The notes below the pieces were generated by a model. That model worked only from the letters and a program-made list of their open reading frames with translations, was not told the DNA's origin and made no database searches. Source: a virus (lineage: Duplodnaviria > Caudoviricetes). From it: 64,000 nucleotides of DNA. Positions within the stretch are counted from its first letter, which is position 1. Each line of letters starts with the position of its first letter. Positions 1-10,110 of this stretch are shown piece after piece. The stretch lies in IMG/VR virus record IMGVR_UViG_3300044522_000179, positions 12,897 to 76,896 of that record; one strand, given 5' to 3'. The translations under genes and the position numbers were made by a program.

Positions 1-313
1 GCTCTTTAAATGTTTCATCGTAATGTGGAAACAATGATGGCTTGTAATGAAATTTACCACAGTTACTTGTTACGTTATTGTACCTTGCGTGGCAGTACTC
101 TGACAAAATAATTCTTTTATTTCCACTTACAGATCTTGCAATACTCGTAACTTTTTCAATAATTGCATCTGGCAACTGAATAAAAGTATTTGCCTGGGCA
201 TGGTTCTTTATAAAAGATCCACCGCTATTATTCTGTACGGCCTTATAAATTTCGTTGACTTCTTGGCTAGTAAAGACATTCTCTACTATTGTATTTATTT
301 CATCTTGTTTCAT
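1..313 (-). CDS. 2OG-Fe(II) oxygenase, HWR-type family (3' end outside window)
   Basis: Not in ORF track. Read manually from ATG at 313 with GGAG SD: MKQDEINTIVENVFTSQEVNEIY...YCHARYNN...SLFPHYDETFKE. The ARY...LFPHxD motif matches neighbour 338..1003. Confidence 0.75.
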   Translation of the reverse strand, partial: MKQDEINTIVENVFTSQEVNEIYKAVQNNSGGSFIKNHAQANTFIQLPDAIIEKVTSIARSVSGNKRIILSEYCHARYNNVTSNCGKFHYKPSLFPHYDETFKE

Positions 314-337
314 ATTGTCTCCTTGTATTGTAGTAGT

Positions 338-1003
338 TTAGTCTTTATATAACTCTTCATTTGCTTCAAGATTGTAAAATTGAGAAAGAAATCTTGTTCT
401 TTCTGATAAAATCATATCTTGATCTTTATCAAGAGGTGTTGGATCTATGTATTCTAAATGACAAAAAATCATATCTATTTTGTTTCCAGGAAGAATTTTT
501 GTAATTTCCCTCCAATGCGTTTGCTGTGTTCCAGCAAAAACTAGTGCTTGATTGTCTTTTAAAAAATAACTTTTATCTTCTACAACAAGGCCCCAGTCTT
601 GATCAGCGTGAACTTGAATATCAAACGTAATTCTTTGTTCATCTCTTAAGTCGCAATGTGGAAAAAGTTTACACTCATATCCGTAGGCTGGATCATACCT
701 TGCAAACGAATAATCCCCAACTAATCTAACCTTGCCAGCAAGAGATGTCTTTTCTATAGCCTTGTTAATTTTGTCTTCAATTTCTGGAAGTTTTACATGC
801 CAGGCTCTATGCCCAGCCCACTTTTGTAATTTTGTTTTGTCTTCTGGGGTATTATTTACAATGCTATAAATATAAGCAACATCTGCTTCATCAAAAATAT
901 CATCAACAATCATAACTTCAAAGTCTTGGTTAGAGACCTTTTCTTGAGATTTTACTAGGTTTTGATATTGATCGTAAGCCCTACCCTTAATTCCTTGTTC
1001 CAT
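338..1003 (-). CDS. 2OG-Fe(II) oxygenase, HWR-type family
   Basis: FARY...LFPHCD (HxD) ...FAGTQQTHWR distal His; leaderless promoter upstream. Confidence 0.8.
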   Translation of the reverse strand: MEQGIKGRAYDQYQNLVKSQEKVSNQDFEVMIVDDIFDEADVAYIYSIVNNTPEDKTKLQKWAGHRAWHVKLPEIEDKINKAIEKTSLAGKVRLVGDYSFARYDPAYGYECKLFPHCDLRDEQRITFDIQVHADQDWGLVVEDKSYFLKDNQALVFAGTQQTHWREITKILPGNKIDMIFCHLEYIDPTPLDKDQDMILSERTRFLSQFYNLEANEELYKD

Positions 1004-1005
1004 AA

Positions 1006-1296
1006 TTATATTATACCACTATCTGATATCTGTTCCAATATTGACATCTCTATTATTGCAAGCCTAACCTTTGCGTTTCCTTCGCCAATCACAACAACTA
1101 TGGCAGGATCTTTTCCATTCTTCATTGCATCTGTTGTTGCCTTTGCCCAAACCTCTTTGTTTAATGTAAAAGACTTTCCAACTTCTTTAAAATCTACAAC
1201 AAAGTTTCTCCAAGAGGCATCCCCCTTTTGAGTGTTACGACCAGAGTTCTTATGCTGCTTAGCCCCTATTCTTTTGGACTCACTCTTCTCTGTCAT
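1006..1296 (-). CDS. Holliday junction resolvase-like PD-(D/E)xK nuclease
   Basis: E...SGR...KGD...VDFKE motif next to recA; start trimmed to MTEKSE. Confidence 0.6.
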   Translation of the reverse strand: MTEKSESKRIGAKQHKNSGRNTQKGDASWRNFVVDFKEVGKSFTLNKEVWAKATTDAMKNGKDPAIVVVIGEGNAKVRLAIIEMSILEQISDSGII

Positions 1297-1456
1297 TACC
1301 CTTCCATTTCTGCTTTCCAAACTTGACCGTGCTTAGATGTTTACTTGGACACATCCAGGTCATTGTCTTTGTTTCTGAATAAAGTCTTAGTGACCTTACT
1401 TCTACCTTGCATTCATGGCAAACAAACTTTCCATTGTAAACAGTAAAGTTAGCCAC
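1280..1456 (-). CDS. small zinc-ribbon protein
   Basis: CHEC...CPSKH; probable GTG start overlapping the recA stop. Confidence 0.55.
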   Translation of the reverse strand: MANFTVYNGKFVCHECKVEVRSLRLYSETKTMTWMCPSKHLSTVKFGKQKWKGNDREE

Positions 1457-2459
1457 TGAGTTTTGCCTTGATTGATTCTTGCAAATCAAGATCCTCTCTT
1501 ACACGATTAACAAATGCCTCTTTGCCTTGGACTTTTGATCCATCAGGAAGAATGTACCATGCACCTGTACGCTCTACGATACCATTTAATTCAGCAGTAG
1601 TAACAAGATCACCGATGGTGTCAAGACCAATATCATTACCTCTAAAATAAAAATCATACTCGCCAGATTGAAACCCTGGGGAGGTTTTTGAGAACTGGAG
1701 TTCCCATTTAATAGTTCTACCAATTTTTTCTTCAATTAATTTGTCTCCTACCTTAATCTTTCCTTTAATCGCTTGATTGTCTGACTCGGAACTAAATAAC
1801 TTAACAATGCAAGAAGAATAAAACTTAGTAGCCTGACCACCAGAAGGCTGCTGGCTAGTATACATAGCGTTAATATTATTGCGAGACTGGGAAATAAGAA
1901 CAAGAAGAGTAGGCTTAACCTTGTTGTTAGCATAATTAAGCATTTTCCATGCGTTACTAAAGTCACGAGATTCTGCCCCAATCTGCTTTGTATTTTCTAA
2001 TGCCTTCATCTCATCTGTATCTTTTTCAAAATAGATTGCTGGAAGCATTGATGTAATAGAGTCTACCACGATTAAGTCAACACCAGCGTTCATTAATCCA
2101 ACACCTACATCTACCATGTCACTAATAGTTCTTGCCTGTGAATAGATTAGTTTTTCTGGATCTACCCCCAAAGTTCTAGCCCAATCTTCTGAGTATGACA
2201 TTTCTGAGTCTATCCATGCACACAGTTTTCCTTCGGCTTGTGCTAGAGCAATCATCTGAAGGCACATAGAAGACTTTGCAGAGGACTTGGAGCCCCATAT
2301 AAGAACTTGTCTGCCATAAGGTAGGCCTCCTCCTAGAGCACGGTTTAAACCAAAACTAGGTGTTGGTTGATATTCATAGTTAACCCCCACACCAGTTCCA
2401 AGTCTTTTCCTTAACTTAGGATCAAGTTGTGCTAACGCCTCTTCTATACTAACTGACAT
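1449..2459 (-). CDS. recA: RecA/UvsX-like recombinase
   Basis: LGGGLPYGR, Walker A GSKSSAKS, WIDSE, Walker B LIVVDS, QPSGG.A.KFYSS; start chosen by GGAGG spacing. Confidence 0.93.
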   Translation of the reverse strand: MSVSIEEALAQLDPKLRKRLGTGVGVNYEYQPTPSFGLNRALGGGLPYGRQVLIWGSKSSAKSSMCLQMIALAQAEGKLCAWIDSEMSYSEDWARTLGVDPEKLIYSQARTISDMVDVGVGLMNAGVDLIVVDSITSMLPAIYFEKDTDEMKALENTKQIGAESRDFSNAWKMLNYANNKVKPTLLVLISQSRNNINAMYTSQQPSGGQATKFYSSCIVKLFSSESDNQAIKGKIKVGDKLIEEKIGRTIKWELQFSKTSPGFQSGEYDFYFRGNDIGLDTIGDLVTTAELNGIVERTGAWYILPDGSKVQGKEAFVNRVREDLDLQESIKAKLSG

Positions 2460-5400
2460 GTACATCCTCCAATGTTACGGTTCCGTCTTTAGTCTTGCCA
2501 AAATCAAACTTGTATGACTTTCCTTCTTCGATATGCATGTATGCCTTTGCAAACGATGTAGGAAAAACTGTAATAGAATGTAAGTCTCTGCTTGTATCTG
2601 CAAGTGTAAGAGATGCCATCTTCTTTCCAGTCTTTGTTATTCTTGGCTTAAAAGATACAACAAACATTTCATCATCCTTGTATGGAAGTTGCTTATAACT
2701 TAAGAACTTTACAAGAGCGTGTGATGATTCTTTTATCTCATCTGAAGGTATGAAAGAAACAATCCTGTTATCATTACACAAGACCAGATAAGAACGACCT
2801 GTCTCAATAGTCGTATTTTCATCATCAAATATACCGACACTGCCAGTTTTGTCCAAAATTTCAACTCGTGACCATCCTGTTCCTCGTTTAATTGATTTTA
2901 CCATACCCATAAAAATGTATGATCCTTTTTCTTCAAAGTCAACAATGTCCTCAATAAATGCATAGTAGTGAGAAGGGATTGTAATGTTAAACTCTGGTAG
3001 GTTTAGATACTCATAAAGATTTTCTTTAATCTCTTGATCATTTCTAGGATTATCATTAAATGTTGCAGCACCAATTACTCTTAGTGCCTGAAGTGCACGG
3101 CTATTTACTCCGTTTCCTTTTGTGAAGGTAAATTCTTCAAGTTCTTTATACGAATTGAATGGTCGTGCAGATATGTATCTTTCACCAATTTTGTCAGATA
3201 TGAACTTGATAGCACTGAGTCCAAACCTAATACCTTTACCCTCAATTTTAAAATCAATATCCGAATCGTTAATGTGAGGTAACTTAACGCTAATGCCCAT
3301 TCTTTTTGCTTCAATAAGGTATTCAGTTCTCGCATCTTTGTCCTTTTCATTTTTTAGCACTGAGTACATAAACTCAAGTGGGTAATAATACTTTAACCAT
3401 GCTGTCCAATATGATAGCGTTGAGTATGCTACTGCGTGAGACTTGTTAAATGAGTACCCTGCGTGGGCCTCAAAGTCATGCCAAAGGTCACGGGCAAGGT
3501 TTGGAGAGATAAACTTAGATGCACCCTCTACGAACTTCTCTTTAAACTGATCAAACTCTTTAGCATCTTTTTTCTTTCCAATGATCTTTCTAACTTTGTC
3601 TGCTTCCGACATGGACATACCGCCAAGGTGTACGCATGCTTGCATAACTTGTTCCTGGTAAAGAATACAGCCATAAGTGTCCTCCGTAAATTCTTTTAGT
3701 ACTTGGTGGGTATAAGATATATTTTGACGACCATGTTTACGATCAACATAGTCTTTTCCAATAGTATTCATAGCACCTGGGCGAACTAGAGCATTGGATG
3801 CTGCAAGTTCATTCAGGTTCTTAACTCCCATTTTAACAAGAAGGTTTGTGTACGGTGCTGCTTCACACTGGAAGACACCCTTAGTATATCCATCTGAAAG
3901 CATTTGATAAACATTTGCATCGTCCATCTTAATCTTAAGAAGGTCAATCTTTTTACCATCTCGCTCTTTGATTATATCAATTGTATTCTTAAGAACAGAT
4001 AAAGTCTTAAGACCCAAAGCATCAATCTTAATCAAACCAATTCTTTCAGCCTCTTCCATGTCAACACCAACAACAGGAATTCTTTCGTCTGATCCTGTAG
4101 AAGATCTTGTTTCAAGCGGTGCATATCTAAAGATTGGTTCCTTACTTGTTACTACACCTGCTGCGTGAATTCCAGTACCACGAATTCTTCCACGAAGTTG
4201 TTCTCCATAGATCTCTACTTCTGGATACTTCTCACGAAATTCTCTTGTTGATTTTGATGTACAAAAATCATCCCACGAGTCTACAGTCTTTAAAACCTTA
4301 TTAACATCTGATAAAGGAATATTTAATACTCTTGAAACGTCTCTAACAATTCCTTTACCAGTAAACTCAAGGAAGGTAGCAATAGATGCAACATGTCGAT
4401 ACTGTCTAACTAGATAGTCTTTAACTTCTTCACGACGAGTATCTTGAATGTCTGTATCAATATCTGGAAAGTCATTTCGTTCTGGGTTAATAAAACGGAA
4501 GAACAAAAGGTTGTGCTCAATTGGATCAATGTCTGTAATCTTGAGTGCGTAACAAACAAGAGAACCAGCAGATGAACCACGACCTGGCCCCACCATAATC
4601 TCTTCCTTCTTTGCCCAGTTAATCATATTACTTACGACAAGGAAGTATGAAGCAAACTTTTTATCCTTAATAATCTGCAGTTCTTCTTCAAGTCTGTCAA
4701 GGTATTCTTGATTTTCTGACAACCCACGCTCTACCAAACCTTCTAGTGCAGCCTTTGCGAGTTCTTTGTCAGGACTCTTGTACTGTACAGGAAGAAGGTT
4801 TAGTCCTTCTTGAATGCCATAGTCTCCTACTGTATCTGCTAATAGGAGTGTGTTTGAGTATATGTCTGGTCTATCAATACCCTGCGATTCCATGGCTGCT
4901 TTAATCTCTTCGTATGAGAGCAGGTGAATATCAAATTTGTTAAATGTTATCTGACGGTCTTCGCCGTAGAGATAGTCAAGGCGTTCCATCATGCTGCCTT
5001 TTTTCTTTGACTTCTCGTATGTTGCATCTTTTACAAACTTGCCATGTGTATTCATTAGCAACTTAAACTCTTGTACTTCTTTTTGTGACGAGTCTACATG
5101 GTGACAGTCTGGTGTTACAACAACCTTAATTCCAAACTCATCTGCAAGTTCTATAAGGTACTTGTTAATCTGTGAATCATTGTGAGGCATGACTTCAATA
5201 TAGTAGTCATCTTCAAATCTTTCTTTAAACCACAAAATGTACTTCTTAGCAAGAGCAAACTCTTCTTCTTCAAGGGCTTTAACTAAAACGCTACTTGGAC
5301 AAGCAGAGGTTACAATAATTCCCTCTTTATACTTTTCAAGAATAGTAAAATCAAAGCGTGGTTTCTTAAAGAAACCATCTGTCCAAGATAGTTCACTAAT

Positions 5401-5724
5401 CTTATTAAGGTTTTCCAAACCAATTTGATTCTTGGCTAGAAGGATAATGTGATTGTAGACAAGATCTTGTTGACCTTCTCTTTCAGACTTATCTCTTGTA
5501 TCAGATATGTCTGCACACATGTATCCTTCTAGACCTAGAATTGGCTTAATGCCCTTTGCTTTTGCAATACGGTGCAGTTCCCTATGCCCAGATAAAGTAC
5601 CGTGGTCAGTGATGGCAATTGCTGGCATCCCTAACTCAACTGCACGGTCAACGTATTCTTCTGGAGTAGCAATCCCATCAAATAAACTAAAATGGGTGTG
5701 GACATGTAAGCCTACGTAGTTCAT
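2449..5724 (-). CDS. dnaE: DNA polymerase III alpha subunit (PHP + polymerase)
   Basis: LHVHTHFSLFDG, AITDHG, GPGRGSSAGSLV, FPDIDTD, GIHAAG, YSFNKSH; no intein seen. Confidence 0.97.
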   Translation of the reverse strand: MNYVGLHVHTHFSLFDGIATPEEYVDRAVELGMPAIAITDHGTLSGHRELHRIAKAKGIKPILGLEGYMCADISDTRDKSEREGQQDLVYNHIILLAKNQIGLENLNKISELSWTDGFFKKPRFDFTILEKYKEGIIVTSACPSSVLVKALEEEEFALAKKYILWFKERFEDDYYIEVMPHNDSQINKYLIELADEFGIKVVVTPDCHHVDSSQKEVQEFKLLMNTHGKFVKDATYEKSKKKGSMMERLDYLYGEDRQITFNKFDIHLLSYEEIKAAMESQGIDRPDIYSNTLLLADTVGDYGIQEGLNLLPVQYKSPDKELAKAALEGLVERGLSENQEYLDRLEEELQIIKDKKFASYFLVVSNMINWAKKEEIMVGPGRGSSAGSLVCYALKITDIDPIEHNLLFFRFINPERNDFPDIDTDIQDTRREEVKDYLVRQYRHVASIATFLEFTGKGIVRDVSRVLNIPLSDVNKVLKTVDSWDDFCTSKSTREFREKYPEVEIYGEQLRGRIRGTGIHAAGVVTSKEPIFRYAPLETRSSTGSDERIPVVGVDMEEAERIGLIKIDALGLKTLSVLKNTIDIIKERDGKKIDLLKIKMDDANVYQMLSDGYTKGVFQCEAAPYTNLLVKMGVKNLNELAASNALVRPGAMNTIGKDYVDRKHGRQNISYTHQVLKEFTEDTYGCILYQEQVMQACVHLGGMSMSEADKVRKIIGKKKDAKEFDQFKEKFVEGASKFISPNLARDLWHDFEAHAGYSFNKSHAVAYSTLSYWTAWLKYYYPLEFMYSVLKNEKDKDARTEYLIEAKRMGISVKLPHINDSDIDFKIEGKGIRFGLSAIKFISDKIGERYISARPFNSYKELEEFTFTKGNGVNSRALQALRVIGAATFNDNPRNDQEIKENLYEYLNLPEFNITIPSHYYAFIEDIVDFEEKGSYIFMGMVKSIKRGTGWSRVEILDKTGSVGIFDDENTTIETGRSYLVLCNDNRIVSFIPSDEIKESSHALVKFLSYKQLPYKDDEMFVVSFKPRITKTGKKMASLTLADTSRDLHSITVFPTSFAKAYMHIEEGKSYKFDFGKTKDGTVTLEDVHVS

Positions 5725-5725
5725 A

Positions 5726-6379
5726 TTACCAATCAGCGTTTGTTGCTGATGTGGCAGATGGGCCATCAAAGCCCAAGTAGAACGCTTCTTGTTCTGCGTA
5801 TGGAATCTTGCGTAGTGCAGACTCTAGTGGATAAGGCTTGATGTCTCCCCAATTAAATGGTTCCTTATCTGGTGCTGATGGAATAAGTGTGTAATTAGTT
5901 TCAGTTCCCTGACCATTACGCTTTAACTTCCACTGTACGTTTGAAATGCTTCCTGTCTCAAGAGCATACTCACGAATTGTATTGAATGATGATTGCTTGC
6001 TAACACCCATTGACCAGATTGCAACATATGGTGCCTCAATACCGTCATCTACAATTACGTTGCAATAGAAACGAAGACGTGCTCGCCAGCCAGCCTTTGG
6101 ATCCTTGCGGTGCATTTCTTCAGCCCAGTCACGACCTTCTGTGTCCATCGTGTCTACAGCCTTGCGCTTGTAGTCCTTTGGGTTTGTGTGTTCTGATACA
6201 ACAATTGCTAGTCCACGATCTGCGTTATAGTTTGCTGAATCTTCATCTAGTTCTTCTAAGAACCTAATCTTTACTGATTGTCCGTCAGCAAGTTTTAACC
6301 ACTTAACCTTTGGACCATCGCCACCCTTTGGGCCATCTAGTACTGGGCCCATTTCTTTTATTCCTCTTAGTATTGCCAT
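5726..6379 (-). CDS. single-stranded DNA-binding protein (gp32-like)
   Basis: WLKLADGQSVKIRFL, KRNGQGTETNY, C-terminal ...ADW, position in replication module. Confidence 0.7.
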   Translation of the reverse strand: MAILRGIKEMGPVLDGPKGGDGPKVKWLKLADGQSVKIRFLEELDEDSANYNADRGLAIVVSEHTNPKDYKRKAVDTMDTEGRDWAEEMHRKDPKAGWRARLRFYCNVIVDDGIEAPYVAIWSMGVSKQSSFNTIREYALETGSISNVQWKLKRNGQGTETNYTLIPSAPDKEPFNWGDIKPYPLESALRKIPYAEQEAFYLGFDGPSATSATNADW

Positions 6380-6409
6380 GTGTTTTCTCTTTTCTTTTAT
6401 GTTATTGTT

Positions 6410-7354
6410 TTAGTTTAGCATAGACTGTATTGATTTGTCAAACTGGAAGTCCAGTTCTTGAATTGACTTATCGTCCATATCGCCTATATCTTTATATTTT
6501 TTATCTAGTTTAATTACGGATACACGAGAACCAAGTTTTTCAAGTATCTTAGTTTTCATATTTCCACCTGCTTCATCGTTATCCGCAATGACAATTATAT
6601 CATTAAAGTACTTTTGAAGCAATTCTATTTGTATGTTTGATACATTGGATCCAAGTGTTGCTACTGCTGGAAAGCCACACTGGTCAAGCCTAATAGCATC
6701 AAATGATGATTCCACTATGTAAACTTTGCCAGAACTTTTTACTCTATGCAGATTAAATAGTGTCTTAGATTTTGGCAACCCTGGAGTATTCTTAAACTCC
6801 TTGCCTTCAACAGACCTTCCAACAAAGCCAATTGGCAATCCATCTGGACTGTGTACTGGTACAGTTACCATGTCCTGTTTAACTGAGTAGCCCAAAGAAA
6901 ACTTTGACCAAGAATCCATATTTATTTTTCTATATTTAAAATAGTTTTTTGCTCTATCGGAAACCAACAATCCATTATATAAACGCTTTAAGACTATCTC
7001 GTCAAATGAAATAAACTCTGGTTTTTTATATAAGGCTTTATCAACGTCTTGTTCAATACTTGTTTCTATTTCTTTGCTCTTGATAAATCTCGCAGCCTCA
7101 AAATATGTTCTATTGGACATATGCATAACAAACTCTGTTAATCCAGTAACATGATGACAGGCAAAACAGAAAAATGTACCACTTGATTTATCTATTTCCC
7201 CTGCTGGGGTTCTGTTATTATTGTGATAGGGACAAAAAATTATATAGTCTGAGTCAACCTCTGACTCAATTGTTACACCTGTTCCTGTAATAATTCTTTT
7301 GATTTGCTCTTTGCTATAAGAATTGGCTTGCTTGCGTCTATCCCTACTATCCAT
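6410..7354 (-). CDS. dnaG: DNA primase (CHC2 zinc finger + TOPRIM)
   Basis: CPYH...CFAC; IVESSFDA; ADNDEAG; KDIGD. Confidence 0.88.
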   Translation of the reverse strand: MDSRDRRKQANSYSKEQIKRIITGTGVTIESEVDSDYIIFCPYHNNNRTPAGEIDKSSGTFFCFACHHVTGLTEFVMHMSNRTYFEAARFIKSKEIETSIEQDVDKALYKKPEFISFDEIVLKRLYNGLLVSDRAKNYFKYRKINMDSWSKFSLGYSVKQDMVTVPVHSPDGLPIGFVGRSVEGKEFKNTPGLPKSKTLFNLHRVKSSGKVYIVESSFDAIRLDQCGFPAVATLGSNVSNIQIELLQKYFNDIIVIADNDEAGGNMKTKILEKLGSRVSVIKLDKKYKDIGDMDDKSIQELDFQFDKSIQSMLN

Positions 7355-7599
7355 TTACTTTTTCTCTTTCCCGTGTATGTTCCGTATATTGTTATTTCAA
7401 AATTAAAATAGTTCTTTATCTCATTATAGTCTATAGTAAAATCTATGTTTATGTCAAGTCTTGGGACATACCCATTAAGACGCATTTCTGATACTAATAG
7501 CCTTTCATATTCTTCTCTTAATCGGACAATAGAGGATTCATCCTGAATGATGCCTTCAAGATTAAACCTTTTAATTGCTTTGTGGTGAAAGTTGTCCAT
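7273..7599 (-). CDS. hypothetical protein
   Basis: ORF with TATAAT 5 nt upstream of ATG. Confidence 0.6.
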   Translation of the reverse strand: MDNFHHKAIKRFNLEGIIQDESSIVRLREEYERLLVSEMRLNGYVPRLDINIDFTIDYNEIKNYFNFEITIYGTYTGKRKSKWIVGIDASKPILIAKSKSKELLQEQV

Positions 7600-7611
7600 G
7601 CCATATTATAA

Positions 7612-8832
7612 CTACTTATCTTCAAAATCTTTATATCTATAGTATCCCTTGTCAAAATCGCACTGAACAAGAAAGTCACCCATAAATCCATTACGGTTTT
7701 TGCGAAAAGCACATTCAATAATATCACTATTTGTAGCACGTCCTAGGGCCAAAACCCAGTCTGCATCATATGCAATCTGTCTGGACCAAGAAGTTTGTCC
7801 AAGAGTGGGGACGCTATTTAAATCATTTGCATCGTCAGGTGTGGCGGATGAAATAGCAATGATTGGAACTTCTTCACCAATAGCCATAAGTTTTAGTTCT
7901 CTAGAAAGATTCTTCATTCGTACCGTTTCATTATCTGATTTCTGGTTAGGAGCCATCAACTGAAGGTAGTCAACAATTACAAAGTCTGGCTTATACTGAT
8001 CAATCTTTCCACGAAGAACTGATGGATTAATTTCTCCACCTTGGTCATTTGAAATAATATGAAACTCTGGTTTTCCTTTAAGATTTTTTTCATGCCAGTC
8101 TTTTAACATATCCATTTCAACTTCGCCATTGCTTAATTTTCTATGAGACCATCTACCTTCTCCCATAATTGTAAATACACGGTTGCGAACTTCTGTTTCA
8201 CTCATTTCAAGACTAATGACTAATGGGCTACGACCTTGTTTCCAGGCCTGTACAGCAAAGTAGAGAGCCAACCATGATTTTCCAATACCTGGGTATGCAA
8301 GAAAAACTCCTAATTGCCCTGGCATGATTCCAGAAGGAAGATAATTATCAAAGCCTGGAAGTCCAGTCTTAATACCAACGTGACCAAGTGCTTGCTGTTT
8401 CTTTAAATTTTCAAAGTAAGCAATTGCAGACTCTAGATCTGTTACATCAATGTCACGAATTGCAGATGTGTTCTTTTTTAATTCTGAGGTTTTTGTAATT
8501 AATTCATTCAGAGCATTTGTTCCATTGTTATTCTGAATCTCTGTTGCTGCTGATCTAATAATATCCTTTAGGCTATCTGTAAGGTACTCTCCCTGAAGTT
8601 CTTCAAGATGGTGCTTTGTTGCGCCTACTCCCTGAATTGGTTCAAAGTCACGAAACTTTTCTCTAACCAAATCTACTGGTGGCACTGTAGAGTTATTTTC
8701 AAAATATAATCTTACAAAATTCCAAATATCTCCATGAGTTCTTAGAAGGTTTTCTACATTGGCTTGAAGTAAAACGTGGATTTGTTTATCTTGTAAGACT
8801 GCCGTGATCAACTTTGATTCCGTACTATTCAC
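7612..8832 (-). CDS. dnaB: DnaB-like replicative helicase
   Basis: AYPGIGKS, SLEM, VIVDYLQLM, IAYDAD, KNRNG. Confidence 0.92.
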   Translation of the reverse strand: MNSTESKLITAVLQDKQIHVLLQANVENLLRTHGDIWNFVRLYFENNSTVPPVDLVREKFRDFEPIQGVGATKHHLEELQGEYLTDSLKDIIRSAATEIQNNNGTNALNELITKTSELKKNTSAIRDIDVTDLESAIAYFENLKKQQALGHVGIKTGLPGFDNYLPSGIMPGQLGVFLAYPGIGKSWLALYFAVQAWKQGRSPLVISLEMSETEVRNRVFTIMGEGRWSHRKLSNGEVEMDMLKDWHEKNLKGKPEFHIISNDQGGEINPSVLRGKIDQYKPDFVIVDYLQLMAPNQKSDNETVRMKNLSRELKLMAIGEEVPIIAISSATPDDANDLNSVPTLGQTSWSRQIAYDADWVLALGRATNSDIIECAFRKNRNGFMGDFLVQCDFDKGYYRYKDFEDK

Positions 8833-9133
8833 TTAGCCACTCCTTTGCCATTCTTCTGCGCTCTTCTCTCTCTTTGTCGTCTTTCTTTTTATCTTTTTGT
8901 GCCTGTAAAATTTTTTCTGCATTATATGTAAAGTGATTCCAAGAAGGAGTCTGTGCAACTTTAAAATAATACTCAAGTATATCGTAGCAACCTGACAAAC
9001 CGTATGACTCTACAAGGGCATCTGATGCCCACTGTTCTACGTTTAAGTTTAGAGATGGCTTTGATTCGTACCTTTCGGCATGATACTTACTGTATCTTGA
9101 AAGCAAAGCCATACGGTCTTTGCGTTCTGCCAT
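8825..9133 (-). CDS. hypothetical protein (possible helicase accessory)
   Basis: Overlaps the dnaB start. Confidence 0.6.
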   Translation of the reverse strand: MAERKDRMALLSRYSKYHAERYESKPSLNLNVEQWASDALVESYGLSGCYDILEYYFKVAQTPSWNHFTYNAEKILQAQKDKKKDDKEREERRRMAKEWLSE

Positions 9134-9339
9134 TATTCGTTAATTTCTGCCTTTGCTTCGTTAATCTTTTCAGTTAACTTGTCTTCAACAAATTTATACA
9201 CACGCTCAAAAGCATCGTTTGTATTTTCTGCATCACGTTTTGAGTCTACCACTCCTAAGTCCAATCTAAGTGATTGAAAATTTCCCAAGTTTAACGTATA
9301 TCCTAATGTTACAGATACTTTAGTTGTTTCATTCTCCAT
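9133..9339 (-). CDS. hypothetical protein
   Basis: TLNLGNFQSLRLD motif; coupled to the next gene. Confidence 0.65.
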   Translation of the reverse strand: MENETTKVSVTLGYTLNLGNFQSLRLDLGVVDSKRDAENTNDAFERVYKFVEDKLTEKINEAKAEINE

Positions 9340-9353
9340 TTATATACCCTTCG

Positions 9354-9422
9354 CTAAATAGATCCAAACCGAATTGATATGAATCGTTTATCCTATGTTT
9401 CCTTGTATTTAATTGTACCATT
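9354..9422 (-). pseudogene. decayed duplicate of the 3' end of the 10111..10653 gene, retaining an extended -10
   Basis: Translates as NGTIKYKET*DKRFISIRFGSI* versus DGILTYTRTEDGRYIPIWGESI*, gapless. Confidence 0.65.
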
Positions 9423-9431
9423 TCTGAGCAA

Positions 9432-10100
9432 TTACTGCAACATAGAAAGTATGCCAAATTTATGATTTTTATCTACTACGTACGGAATAATACCTTCTAC
9501 CACTCCCTTAGTAAAAACAACTAGTGGCAAATATACTGTTTTATTATTTTTTGAATATTCTTTAACATATTTTGCATTTTCTGGAATATGTATTTTATAT
9601 TCAGCACATGACCAATCAACAAAACTATTAGATATCCAATAGGTGGGGTGGACAGAATAAAATGACATTCTACATCCAGGATTAACATGACTTTTTAATA
9701 CTTGATTATAAAAATATGTACCTCTTAAGCCGTCTTTATCTTCATGCTTAGAGTTTGGGGCATCATCAAAGAATATACTATCAAACTTTCCTAAATTTTT
9801 TAATTGATTTTGCCATGTTCCTTCTACAATAATAACTTTATGTTTTTGATTTTGTGCCCACAAGTAAAGTTTTTCTAGAACAATTGGATTATCTTCAATG
9901 ATTGTATGAGTATCTATATTATGTTTTTGTATTTGATTTGCTGAGTACCCTAGGCCAAAACCAATTTCTAAAACATTTCCATACGGATTAAGATGATCTA
10001 TTAAAGCCTCCATGTAAGGCTTTTCCCACTCCATCATTACCTGATAGCCAGTGCTATCGATTAATATATCTTTACCATTTTCATCTATTTCATATTTCAT
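9432..10100 (-). CDS. SAM-dependent methyltransferase, GAMT/Rmt2-like
   Basis: VMMEWEKPYM, VLEIGFGLGYSA (motif I), HTIIE, GTWQ, FDSIFFD; start at MKYEID. Confidence 0.8.
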   Translation of the reverse strand: MKYEIDENGKDILIDSTGYQVMMEWEKPYMEALIDHLNPYGNVLEIGFGLGYSANQIQKHNIDTHTIIEDNPIVLEKLYLWAQNQKHKVIIVEGTWQNQLKNLGKFDSIFFDDAPNSKHEDKDGLRGTYFYNQVLKSHVNPGCRMSFYSVHPTYWISNSFVDWSCAEYKIHIPENAKYVKEYSKNNKTVYLPLVVFTKGVVEGIIPYVVDKNHKFGILSMLQ

Positions 10101-10110
10101 AAACCAACTC

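Noticed and set aside
2449-5724. Intein or intron in dnaE (also checked recA, dnaB, nrdJ)
   Set aside because: Lengths are normal, motifs are contiguous, and I saw no C...HN or LAGLIDADG signature.
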